This document shows positions 9,217 through 18,079 of a stretch of 44,814 bases of DNA, piece by piece (the first letter of the stretch is position 1; each line of letters starts with the position of its first letter). The position numbers and the translations under genes are program-made. Source of the stretch: Thermoplasmatota archaeon (GTDB lineage: Archaea > Thermoplasmatota > Poseidoniia > Poseidoniales > Poseidoniaceae); the NCBI GenBank assembly GCA_036160735.1, contig JAYYDR010000038.1, positions 1 through 44,814 of the forward strand. Direction: 5' to 3'. The notes beneath the pieces were generated by a model that worked only from the letters and a program-made list of their open reading frames with translations, had not been told where the DNA came from and did no database searches.

Positions 9217-9944
9217 TCTTCTTCACCTTCCTCGTCAAGGCCCCATGCTGACCGTATGTCTGAAGCTTCGGTTTTACCATCCTTCAACAGCAGCATTCTG
9301 TCCGCATTGGATGCCAAGTCAGGGTCGTGAGTAACCATTAGAATAGAAATTGGCTTCTCCTCGTCATGACACAATTCTTTGAACAAAGCGAGTACTTCTT
9401 TGCCACTTGCAATATCCAAATTTCCAGTTGGCTCATCAGCCAAGAGAATCGGACGGTTTCCAGCAATTGCCCTAGCGATTGCTACTCTTTGCTGCTGCCC
9501 ACCAGATAGCTGGTCAGGAATGTGATGCATTCTGTCACCGAGACCGACCCTTTCAAGTGAGTTAATCGCAGCTTTTTCTGCGTCGTTAGAAGACATCCCT
9601 GACAGTTCTAAAGCCATTGCAACATTATCTACTGCGCTGAGGTTATCGAGTAAGTGGAAGTCTTGGAAGATCCAGCCGACCAATTCTCTTCTAACGTCAA
9701 CCACACTTGAAGGCCCTTTCAATCCGTAAGTTCGCTCATTGAGAGTGATACTACCACCATCAGCAGCTAACAGACCACCAATGATATTCAATAATGTGGA
9801 TTTACCGCACCCCGATGGTCCCATCAAAGCGACCATCTCTCCCCTTTCAATCTCCATTTCTATCCCTTTCAGGACTTGGAGTTTGTTCGATCCAGAACCA
9901 AATGATTTCGTAAGACCGGTTATAGTTAGCATGATACCACTCAC
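9213..9944 (-). CDS. ABC transporter ATP-binding protein (LolD-type)
   Basis: [32 protein letters not shown] and MVTHD. Its stop overlaps the permease start (ATGA). Confidence 0.93.
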   Translation of the reverse strand: MSGIMLTITGLTKSFGSGSNKLQVLKGIEMEIERGEMVALMGPSGCGKSTLLNIIGGLLAADGGSITLNERTYGLKGPSSVVDVRRELVGWIFQDFHLLDNLSAVDNVAMALELSGMSSNDAEKAAINSLERVGLGDRMHHIPDQLSGGQQQRVAIARAIAGNRPILLADEPTGNLDIASGKEVLALFKELCHDEEKPISILMVTHDPDLASNADRMLLLKDGKTEASDIRSAWGLDEEGEEE

Positions 9945-9971
9945 TATAAAGCAGCATCATAAAGTTCTGAT

Positions 9972-9992
9972 ATATCAACTACTGTTTGATAT
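9972..9992. promoter_or_regulatory. Inverted repeat ATATCAA-N7-TTGATAT upstream of the ABC operon (candidate operator or terminator)
   Basis: A perfect 7-bp inverted repeat in the AT-rich gap between the small-ORF stop (10010) and the ATPase start (9944). Confidence 0.35.
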
Positions 9993-10009
9993 GAATCTTA
10001 AGGATTTAA

Positions 10010-10132
10010 TCACTTTTTGCCAAAGGTCATTCGCCTCAGCCAGTGGATAACTCCACCGTTAGCGAAAATACCGTTACGGTATTGCTGCTTTTCCATGACA
10101 TCATCAATCCAGGTTGCGAGTTCGTTGTCCAT
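10010..10132 (-). CDS. Small 40-aa protein MDNELATWIDDVMEKQQYRNGIFANGGVIHWLRRMTFGKK (absent from the ORF track)
   Basis: ATG preceded by purine-rich GAGGGAGAAAC, with TTATA about 35 nt upstream. It fills an otherwise empty gap and is co-oriented with both neighbours. Confidence 0.6.
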   Translation of the reverse strand: MDNELATWIDDVMEKQQYRNGIFANGGVIHWLRRMTFGKK

Positions 10133-10233
10133 GTTTCTCCCTCAGTTTACTTTTGGAACCGGCCCTATAATGCGTTTTGGGTGTTATGTTTAAACTAAGT
10201 GTTACAAAAAACACTTTGCAAATAGGCGTTAAA

Positions 10234-11232
10234 TCAAGCAGATAATTGCTCTATTCGCTTGCCCATAACCCTCTTCCACAAAGGAGGGAAAATTGCTAAC
10301 CAAAAGCAAACGTAGTACCCGCTAGGTAACTGCGGAGAATCTTCGTACGCCTGCAAATCCCACATTGGCGTACTTGCTTTCAAGTGGTGCGCTGGGTGAA
10401 GTGGGAGCTCGAGTAATGTCCATCTAGACCAGACGCCTCTATGCTCCCAAGAATGATATTCTGTATGCCTCTCTCCAACCTCTCGCCTCAATCCATAATG
10501 CTGCATGTAATTGACGTACTCGAGGAGAATAATTGCGAGCGTAGCCTGAATCAAAAAGGCATACAGCATCGCCGAAGAAAGTAAGAATAGTCCTGCTAGG
10601 AAGAAGCCCTGGAGAATGGTGCTGTGTAGAATTGGATTCTTCAACCCGGTTTTGCCCTTGTCGGAGTGTGTTTTCCAAGCTGACTTGTACTGCTTTGGAA
10701 TCGTCATCACGATTTGAGTCCAGAGGCCTCTACCAGCTGGTGAGGAAGCGGGGTCTAATTCAGTGGCATAGTTTCTGTGATGGCCATGGTTGTGTTCTGT
10801 GGTGAAATGGGAATACAGTACCATGAACATGTTTATCCTTGCAACTCTCCAAATTAGGGACCCTTTCTTCCTGTGGCCCGATTCATGTGCATTGATTATT
10901 CCCGAGATTCCGCCTACTATGCCTACAGATAGACCTCCAAGGATTACTGGTACAGTGAACCCATCTAAGTTTGCTCTCCACAACAATACTGCGATGCATG
11001 CGTAGAAGAAAAGTGCATGAGAGTACAACAAGCCGTTCCATGCACGTGTTGAAACCTCTTTTCGAACCGGCGCTCTTTCTGGAGCGAAGTAGTCGATGAA
11101 GGGGCAAATTCCTAGTGCGTAAACGAAGCCAGAGAAGGTCCAGTAGCCACCTTGATAAATTCCAGCGATGGTAATTATCGGCAAAATAAAACCCAGCAAA
11201 TGAGGAACCCACGACTCCTCTGCCTCTTGCAT
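10234..11232 (-). CDS. alkB: Alkane 1-monooxygenase (AlkB)-like membrane di-iron enzyme, fatty-acid desaturase superfamily
   Basis: His boxes HESGH, EHNHGHH, NYMQHYGL and HPAHH, plus DPASS and PQLPSGY motifs and N-terminal TM segments. Start moved to ATG 11232 to avoid overlap with tyw1. Confidence 0.78.
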   Translation of the reverse strand: MQEAEESWVPHLLGFILPIITIAGIYQGGYWTFSGFVYALGICPFIDYFAPERAPVRKEVSTRAWNGLLYSHALFFYACIAVLLWRANLDGFTVPVILGGLSVGIVGGISGIINAHESGHRKKGSLIWRVARINMFMVLYSHFTTEHNHGHHRNYATELDPASSPAGRGLWTQIVMTIPKQYKSAWKTHSDKGKTGLKNPILHSTILQGFFLAGLFLLSSAMLYAFLIQATLAIILLEYVNYMQHYGLRREVGERHTEYHSWEHRGVWSRWTLLELPLHPAHHLKASTPMWDLQAYEDSPQLPSGYYVCFWLAIFPPLWKRVMGKRIEQLSA

Positions 11233-11299
11233 GTAACAGGCCAAGCACTCATACATCATAAGCGTGGGTTTGAAATCAGCAATACACGTCGGCCTCACG

Positions 11300-12301
11300 A
11301 TGGACCCATTGCTTAAGGCCAAGTTGCAAAAGCAACGCTATCACATCGTTGGTGAACATGGCGGAGTCAAGGTTTGTCACTGGACAAAGGAATCTCTTCT
11401 TAGAGACCGCCAGTGCTACAAAGGACGGTTTTACGGCATTGCAAGCCACAATTGCATGCAAATGTCGCCAGTGGTTGACCAGTGCAATCTGGCATGCTCT
11501 TATTGCTGGAGAGAGCCACATATGGATACTCTTGAATTATCGGACCAAGATCCATTGGAAATGTTGTATGAATCCGTAAAGGCTCAAAGGAGGCTCATAT
11601 CAGGATTCGGTGGAAATCCAAAAGTGCCCAAAGAGAAATTCTTAGATGCACAAAATCCGAAACACGTAGCGATTTCACTCAATGGTGAGCCCACTCTTTA
11701 CAATCGATTATCCGAATACATGGAATTATGTCACTCCCACGGAATGACTACTATGCTAGTCACAAATGGAACCCTGCCAAAAGTAATCGAGAATTTAGAT
11801 ACGCTGCCTACACAATTGTATGTTTCCGTTGATGCTCCAAACAAGGAAGTGTTCGATGAAATCTGTCGCCCGAAATGGAATTCAGCTGCTTGGGAAAAAT
11901 TTGAGGAAACAATCGATTTACTTCCCAGCCTAGATACAAGAATTGTGTGCCGCCACACTCTGATTAAAGGCAGGAACATGAATCCAGAACATATTCCTCA
12001 GTATGCTGCACTAGACAACAGAGCAGATCCTGACTGGATTGAATGTAAAGGATATGTGCACGTAGGGAATTCGAGAGAAAATCTAACCGCAGAGAATATG
12101 CCATTCCACGACGATATCTTAGAATTTTCAAACGCATTAGCACCACTTACTGGAAGAAAATTGCTAGATGACTCACCTCCAAGCAGAGTTGCTTTGGTTG
12201 GAAAGGAAATCATTCCAATTCCGATACCAGAAGCGACCATGCATTTCCCCGATGACTTAGGAATTGCAGAATCGGTAAAGCATCTCAAAATCGTGCAGTG
12301 A
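11300..12301 (+). CDS. tyw1: 4-demethylwyosine synthase TYW1/Taw1 (radical SAM tRNA modification)
   Basis: VKVCHWT, CYKGRFYGIASHNCMQMSP, CNLACSYCWR (CxxxCxxC), HVAISLNGEPTLY and TQLYVSVDA. Start at MDPLLK. Confidence 0.95.
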   Translation: MDPLLKAKLQKQRYHIVGEHGGVKVCHWTKESLLRDRQCYKGRFYGIASHNCMQMSPVVDQCNLACSYCWREPHMDTLELSDQDPLEMLYESVKAQRRLISGFGGNPKVPKEKFLDAQNPKHVAISLNGEPTLYNRLSEYMELCHSHGMTTMLVTNGTLPKVIENLDTLPTQLYVSVDAPNKEVFDEICRPKWNSAAWEKFEETIDLLPSLDTRIVCRHTLIKGRNMNPEHIPQYAALDNRADPDWIECKGYVHVGNSRENLTAENMPFHDDILEFSNALAPLTGRKLLDDSPPSRVALVGKEIIPIPIPEATMHFPDDLGIAESVKHLKIVQ

Positions 12302-12310
12302 GGGTTCATT

Positions 12311-13354
12311 TTGCGTAAAGTATTGCTAGCCAGGGGAGGTGCAATGTCACCATATTCAGGTTTGGGTAGTACACACACAGCACTGGTAAATCGACTTGAA
12401 AATGGACTGATAGAGGATTACGAGTTAAGTCGGGTTCATGAATATGAAATTTCAAAAAATCCGCTCACTAGATTGTGGAGGCGGTGGTTCCGTGGGCCAA
12501 AATCTGTCAGTAAAATGGCCTTAGACTCCGATATCGTACATATCACTGACCAAGAACAAGCAGGCTTGATTCCAAAAAACGGGAATACAGTAGTTACGAT
12601 TCACGATTTGTTCCATCTATTCCCCTCTAAGAGAAATAATGTCCAAATCGGTGACGCCAAGATCTCTGGTATTAGGAAGAAAGATTTGAAAAAAATTCGT
12701 AAAGGAATTTCAAGAGCTAGACTTCTCATTTGCGTATCCAAAGACACTCAGCAGGAATGTGAAATGAGATTTCCTGGAATTGAGACAGCATGGATTCCTC
12801 ACGCCATCGACACTGAAGCATATGCAGTGGAAACCGAAAGGCCGATTTGGTTCAAGAATGGCGTAAATTTACTCGTAATCGGTAGCGAAGAAGCGAGGAA
12901 GCGTGTTGATTTCGCGGTCAAAGTCTGTTCAGAATTGGATGTAACTTTACACAAAATCGGAGCGGAGTCCTCCCCACAGTCCAAACAAGAATTATGCGCA
13001 CTTGCAAATGATCTGGGCTGCAATCTAAATTGGGTAGGCAGACTAGAATCTAGTGAGATGATTGCTGCACTACAGCATGCTGACGCATTATTGTTCCCTT
13101 CTATCGCAGAGGGATTTGGATTACCACCGCTGGAGGCATACGCAGCTGGTACTGTTGCATTGGTTGCAGATGCTCCTGCTCACAATGAAATTCCACTTGC
13201 GCACCATATTCTTCCAGTGAACGATATGGATGCTTGGCGAGATGCGATTTCCAATCTCAAAGATGAAACTTCGATTGTAAGAAAAAGGGCAGCAGAATTT
13301 TCTGTTGAACGATGGGCTGAAAGGCACAAGTCTGCTTACGACTCGTTATTTTGA
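12311..13354 (+). CDS. Glycosyltransferase family 4 (GT-B)
   Basis: VVTIHDL, RK motif and FPSIAEGFGLPPLEAYAAG. Confidence 0.9.
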   Translation: MRKVLLARGGAMSPYSGLGSTHTALVNRLENGLIEDYELSRVHEYEISKNPLTRLWRRWFRGPKSVSKMALDSDIVHITDQEQAGLIPKNGNTVVTIHDLFHLFPSKRNNVQIGDAKISGIRKKDLKKIRKGISRARLLICVSKDTQQECEMRFPGIETAWIPHAIDTEAYAVETERPIWFKNGVNLLVIGSEEARKRVDFAVKVCSELDVTLHKIGAESSPQSKQELCALANDLGCNLNWVGRLESSEMIAALQHADALLFPSIAEGFGLPPLEAYAAGTVALVADAPAHNEIPLAHHILPVNDMDAWRDAISNLKDETSIVRKRAAEFSVERWAERHKSAYDSLF

Positions 13355-13406
13355 GTTGAAGCCCCCTACCGTTTTATTCATGGAGGGGATTGAATTCGGG
13401 CATAAC

Positions 13407-15464
13407 ATGCAACCTGTTCAGAGTGTGGCAATCATCGGTGCCGGAAACATGGGTTCCGGTATTGCTCAGAAAACTGCTCAAGAAGAATTCGACGTTCAGA
13501 TGGTGGATAGAGAAGCGCAATGGGTAGAGCGTGGCCAGACCATTATTTCGGACTTTTTGGCCGAAGCTGTAGAAAGGAGAATTTTTTCCCCTGAGCAGGT
13601 CGAACAGATTAAGGGACGCATTACGGGTGTCGTCGGCACAGAAAACACCGCTACTGATACAGACTTAGTAATCGAAGCCGTATTCGAGGATTTCGACATC
13701 AAGAGTGCGGTATTCAACACATTGAACGAGGTATGTGGTGAAAATACAATCCTAGCCTCCAACACTTCATCTCTTTCTGTAAACGAGTTGGCACTTGCAT
13801 CCGGAAGGCCCGATAGATTTGTTGGACTGCACTTCTTCTATCATCCTGCGAAAAACAGACTCGTAGAGGTAATTCCGGGAGAAGACTCCTCTGAAGACAC
13901 GATTGCAAGAACCGTACAGTATTGTAGGGGACTCGGTAAAGTTGTCATCCTATGCAAAGATAGACCTGGATTCGTTGTCAACCGATTCTTCGTTCCGTGG
14001 CTGAACGAGGCTTGCTTATTGTTACAAGAAGGCGTAGCTAGCGCCGCAGCAATTGACGCTGTAGCAATGAAAGCATTCAGAATCGGACTTGGTCCATTCG
14101 CACTGATGAACTTGACAGGCCCACCAATTGCTCTACATTCTACAGATTATCTTGCAGAGCAACTTGAAACACCTCGATATGTAGGTGCTGAAAACCTGCG
14201 TGAGATGGTTGAGGCTGGAAACCAATGGGAAATTGGAGACGATACAGACTGCAGTGAAGACGCTGCCCAAAAAATCAGAACAAGATTACTAGGTCAGGTT
14301 TTTGCTGTCGCTGGACAAATTGTAGATGAGGAAATCTGCTCTCTTGAAGACGTCGACAGGGGTGCTAAGGTTGGTTTGAGATGGGCAAGAGGTCCTTTCG
14401 AATTAGCAAACCGTTTGGGTATTGATGATGCTAAAGCAATGGCAGAAGATTACTGTGAACTTGCAAACTTCCCGGTGCCAGAGGTTTGGAAGAGAAGTAA
14501 AGCGTTTACATTCAGCTACGTAGACCTATCAGTAAACAAAGGAATTGCTACGATTACTATCAATAGACCAGAAGCAATGAATGCTCTGAATGAAACTGTA
14601 GTAGGGCAATTGGGAGCTGCTATAGACAAGGCAAATGCAGATGATTCTATCAATACAATCGTGCTTGATGGTGCAGGAAAGGCGTTTGTTGCAGGTGCTG
14701 ATGTCAAATTCTTCGTTGACAAAATCAGAGCAGATTCATTCCCGGATATCTACGATTTCACAGCTGATGGACACAAAGTCCTGAACAAACTAGAATCCTC
14801 TAGCAAAACCACAATCGCATTAACGACTGGCCTATCGCTTGGAGGTGGTCTAGAACTTGCACTGTCTTGTGACTACAGAATCGGAACTAGGAAAACTCAG
14901 TTTAGATTCCCTGAAACAAATATTGGGATTTTCCCGGGGCTTGGTGGTACGCAACGCCCAGCCCGCATCGCTGGATTACCTGCTGCAAGATGGGCAGTCC
15001 TAGCTGGAAACTTCATGGATGCTAGAACCGCAGCAGATCTCGGGCTTGTGACAGATTTAGTTGATGTCACTGAAGTTGATTCAACAATCTCATCTCTAGA
15101 TGCCAAAGGAAAGCCAGCAGAGAAATATCCTGCAACGCCTGTTAATCCTGAATCAAAGATTGCAAAGTTTGCTAACTCATTCTACAGTGATGAAAATATG
15201 GACACGCTCCTTAATGGAGGATGCCCTGATGGATTCGACCCTGAGGACAAATTGGTATCAAGGCAACTGAAGTCCCTGTCAAGGACTGCGCCGATTGCAC
15301 TACGCATGGCTAGTGATTTGATAGATGCAGCAGGCACAACCGAATTGATGACAGGTCTAGGTCAAGAGTTAGATAATTTGGAAGCAATATTTTCCACAAA
15401 TGATGCACTTGAAGGACTGAGTGCATTAATCGAAGGAAGAAAGCCAACTTACCAGAATTCCTGA
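13407..15464 (+). CDS. 3-hydroxyacyl-CoA dehydrogenase / enoyl-CoA hydratase fusion (archaeal HAD-ECH order)
   Basis: HAD motifs IIGAGNMGSGIA, IEAVFED, ASNTSSL, GLHFFYHP and PGFVVNRF, followed by crotonase motifs INRPEAMNALN, AFVAGADV, GGGLELALSCD and PETNIGIFPG. Start taken at MQPVQ. Confidence 0.93.
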   Translation: MQPVQSVAIIGAGNMGSGIAQKTAQEEFDVQMVDREAQWVERGQTIISDFLAEAVERRIFSPEQVEQIKGRITGVVGTENTATDTDLVIEAVFEDFDIKSAVFNTLNEVCGENTILASNTSSLSVNELALASGRPDRFVGLHFFYHPAKNRLVEVIPGEDSSEDTIARTVQYCRGLGKVVILCKDRPGFVVNRFFVPWLNEACLLLQEGVASAAAIDAVAMKAFRIGLGPFALMNLTGPPIALHSTDYLAEQLETPRYVGAENLREMVEAGNQWEIGDDTDCSEDAAQKIRTRLLGQVFAVAGQIVDEEICSLEDVDRGAKVGLRWARGPFELANRLGIDDAKAMAEDYCELANFPVPEVWKRSKAFTFSYVDLSVNKGIATITINRPEAMNALNETVVGQLGAAIDKANADDSINTIVLDGAGKAFVAGADVKFFVDKIRADSFPDIYDFTADGHKVLNKLESSSKTTIALTTGLSLGGGLELALSCDYRIGTRKTQFRFPETNIGIFPGLGGTQRPARIAGLPAARWAVLAGNFMDARTAADLGLVTDLVDVTEVDSTISSLDAKGKPAEKYPATPVNPESKIAKFANSFYSDENMDTLLNGGCPDGFDPEDKLVSRQLKSLSRTAPIALRMASDLIDAAGTTELMTGLGQELDNLEAIFSTNDALEGLSALIEGRKPTYQNS

Positions 15465-15514
15465 TAGTGTTAGATTTGCACTATGTTTTATCTGAGACAC
15501 CGCTTCGGGCAATT

Positions 15515-15970
15515 ATGCCAGAACCTCCACTCACTCTAACCGATGCCGCATTGAACGAAATCGAAAGTCGTGTAGAGAATACTGTGTCCAATGGAAAGCA
15601 GATTCGAGATGTGTTGGCTGCAAACTCAAAGGGTGGACCATACAATACTGAATGGGAAGTCGAAGCTGCCGTCGAAGCACTGCACGTTTTCGGTAGCCGC
15701 TGGACAATAGAAATTCTATCAACCCTATACATTGCAGGCCCCCGTAGATTTAACCAATTGAAGACTCTTCTTTCAGGGATTTCAAGTAGGACTCTCTCGG
15801 ATAAGTTGAGATTTTTAGTTGAGGAGGAACTGGTGATTCGCCAAGTCGAAGACGGTCCGCCGGTCAGAGTCGACTACATCCTGTCCGAACACGGGATAAC
15901 TTGTGGAAGACTGCTATCTCCTCTGGTTGCGCATTTGAAAATCCGAAATGGTTCTGTCAAGTCAAAATGA
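15515..15970 (+). CDS. HxlR-family winged-helix transcriptional regulator
   Basis: FGSRWTIEIL, RFNQLK, GISSRTLSDKLRFL and PPVRVDYILSEHG. Confidence 0.88.
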   Translation: MPEPPLTLTDAALNEIESRVENTVSNGKQIRDVLAANSKGGPYNTEWEVEAAVEALHVFGSRWTIEILSTLYIAGPRRFNQLKTLLSGISSRTLSDKLRFLVEEELVIRQVEDGPPVRVDYILSEHGITCGRLLSPLVAHLKIRNGSVKSK

Positions 15971-16021
15971 CTGATTCAATTAACCGAATCAATTACAAGG
16001 GATTAGAGGAAGTTTGTTTAC

Positions 16022-16669
16022 ATGGCACTACTGAAGCAGTGGGTGAATCAACGCCCTTGGCTTGCTGCAGGTATTGCTAGTGCAACTGGTGGGATAATCG
16101 GATTCGGCTCAAGCCTGTCTTCTCTTATGTTCACTAGAGGTGGAGTAAAATCTAGAGTTACTGAATTCGAACATCCTTTACGACAGAGAATTATCAAAAC
16201 TTTAGAGAAAAGTCCTGGTTTGCATTACAGAGAATTACAATCAAAACTATCGGCTGCAAATGGAACACTTAGGCACCATTTGGATGTCTTGTCAAGCCGA
16301 AAAGCTATCACGATTATCTCAGTAAACGGCCGAACCTGCTATTTTGCTGGAGGCCCTTCTCAGGTCGAAGCACTGAGAGGCGTTGGAGTAGGTGAAACAG
16401 AAGCTGCAAGGAAGATGCTAATCGGATTGTCACTTGTCCAAAGAACGATTGTAGACGATATTCGTATCAACGGTATTCCACGATCACAAGCCGCACTTGC
16501 AAGAAGAATTGGTAGAACCAGAGCAACTGTTCACTCCGCTGTCAAGGTTTTGAGAAGGCGCGGTATTTTACGAGAGGACCGCCTTGAAATGGCACCTCAC
16601 CTTCTGGAAGCCGAAGAATTACAGCCATCAAGAAAGGTCGACTATGAGTGGTCCGACGAGAGACGCTGA
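16022..16669 (+). CDS. Winged-helix regulator with an N-terminal hydrophobic segment and two HTH motifs
   Basis: Hydrophobic stretch WLAAGIASATGGIIGFG, then RQRIIKTLEKSPGLHYRELQ...GTLRHHLDVL and SQAALARRIGRTRATVHSAVKVL. Confidence 0.72.
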   Translation: MALLKQWVNQRPWLAAGIASATGGIIGFGSSLSSLMFTRGGVKSRVTEFEHPLRQRIIKTLEKSPGLHYRELQSKLSAANGTLRHHLDVLSSRKAITIISVNGRTCYFAGGPSQVEALRGVGVGETEAARKMLIGLSLVQRTIVDDIRINGIPRSQAALARRIGRTRATVHSAVKVLRRRGILREDRLEMAPHLLEAEELQPSRKVDYEWSDERR

Positions 16670-16738
16670 TTCAATAATCGCCTCTCAAGAAACGTTTGTT
16701 GCGCATTATTCAAATCCCTTCGGCAATCCGTTAGTCAT

Positions 16739-17830
16739 ATGTTCGACTTGCGGTTGGATGAAATTCCACTACCAGCAAGTAATAACGATAGGGAGAAACT
16801 AATTTCTTGGCTTATTGATACCCTATGTTTGCACAGGCGAAGAGGAGAGAATGCAGCGGATGATGGAACATTTTCACCTATTCACAGAATCTTATCAGAG
16901 CATCTATTCAAAGACCCGAGTAGGGGTTATGAAACCAGAGAATTAGCTGAAAATTTAGGAGTCACTCCCGCTGCTATTCATCATCACTTTGTACGTCTCG
17001 TATCAGCAGGTTTGGTTTCGACTTCGTCAGGTAAGGGATGGAAAAACTACTACCTCACAGGTGGTTCATTGCAGAAAGCGATTGCAAATATGAAAGCGAG
17101 AGCCCAGTTAATTCACTCACAGCGATTAGAAATTTTTGATGAGGTTTGGAGTCGGGGAAAGAAGGTCGCAATGAAAATCGAATTACCTCCCGATGGTAAA
17201 CCAAACGCACTACTTCGAATTAAAGAATGGGGCCCACTTGAGGATGGAGAAAGTGAGTTATCTCGATTTATGGCAGATGTAGGATTGCTTGGAGAGAGGC
17301 CTGGAAAAGAGATTCTATCTGAATCATTATCTGTCGGAATTTTCGAAATGCTGCTAAATTCTGGTCCACCAATTTCTATCGATGAGGCTGCAAAGGCGCT
17401 AGAAGGGCCAAAACCAAGGGTTGGAAGAATTCTAGAGCGATTTAGAATGACTGGAATCGTAGAGCGCGTTGCTAGAACCGACCGTTTGTCGACCGCCCTA
17501 TGGTCTGCAATGACTACCCAGCACATGCGCAGGGGTGAGGATTGGTTGCTGAAGAAAGGTGGATTTGAGCGCCTATCTGTCCCAAATTCTCTTTTGAAGC
17601 ATCTGAAAAAAGGCACTTGCAAACCTGAAACCATAGAACGTGCGTTGAAGGAGATGGATGCGAAAGAACAGATGCTACTACTCAACTTGCTTGGAGGAAG
17701 ATTGCCTCTAGGCCATAGACTCGTTGGTATGGATGTTGACATGCTGAAAAGAAAATCAATGGATGATCTAAACCGGGTAATTAGAAGAATTGAAAAAGTC
17801 GGTGAAACACTGATAAAGTTCAATATCTGA
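16739..17830 (+). CDS. Tandem ArsR-like winged-helix protein (internal duplication)
   Basis: ETRELAENLGVTPAAIHHHFVRLVSAGLV and ISIDEAAKALEGPKPRVGRILERFRMTGIVER, each preceded by a similar helical segment. Confidence 0.7.
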   Translation: MFDLRLDEIPLPASNNDREKLISWLIDTLCLHRRRGENAADDGTFSPIHRILSEHLFKDPSRGYETRELAENLGVTPAAIHHHFVRLVSAGLVSTSSGKGWKNYYLTGGSLQKAIANMKARAQLIHSQRLEIFDEVWSRGKKVAMKIELPPDGKPNALLRIKEWGPLEDGESELSRFMADVGLLGERPGKEILSESLSVGIFEMLLNSGPPISIDEAAKALEGPKPRVGRILERFRMTGIVERVARTDRLSTALWSAMTTQHMRRGEDWLLKKGGFERLSVPNSLLKHLKKGTCKPETIERALKEMDAKEQMLLLNLLGGRLPLGHRLVGMDVDMLKRKSMDDLNRVIRRIEKVGETLIKFNI

Positions 17831-17848
17831 TTTGGGAAGCACACAGTC

Positions 17849-18073
17849 ATGAAAGTTTCAGGTAAGTGCCCTAAATGTGGCTCCACTGATATCAAAGAGA
17901 ACATGATGGGTGGAATGGGAAACATGATGTCCGGAAGATATTACAGGTGCGGTAGTTGCGGCTTTACGGAAATTTGGCAATCCAAATCAGATATCAAAGC
18001 GGTTTATGGTCTGTATTTACTGATCTTAATCCTGGCACTAGGTATCGGAGCATACATGTATTTCTCGGCCTAG
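17849..18073 (+). CDS. Small zinc-ribbon protein with a C-terminal membrane anchor
   Basis: CPKCGS...CGSCGFTE followed by VYGLYLLILILALGIGAYMYF. Confidence 0.75.
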   Translation: MKVSGKCPKCGSTDIKENMMGGMGNMMSGRYYRCGSCGFTEIWQSKSDIKAVYGLYLLILILALGIGAYMYFSA

Positions 18074-18079
18074 ATACAA

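Noticed and set aside
11233-11322. ORF-track 5' extensions of alkB (11322) and tyw1 (11264)
   Set aside because: They would make divergent genes overlap; starts at 11232 and 11300 leave a normal promoter gap.
13305-13406. Upstream extension of the HAD-ECH gene
   Set aside because: It overlaps the GT4 gene, and the Rossmann fold begins right after MQPVQ at 13407.
17113-17925. 270-aa minus-strand ORF
   Set aside because: Antisense shadow of the tandem HTH gene; Ser/Ile/Phe-rich with no motifs.
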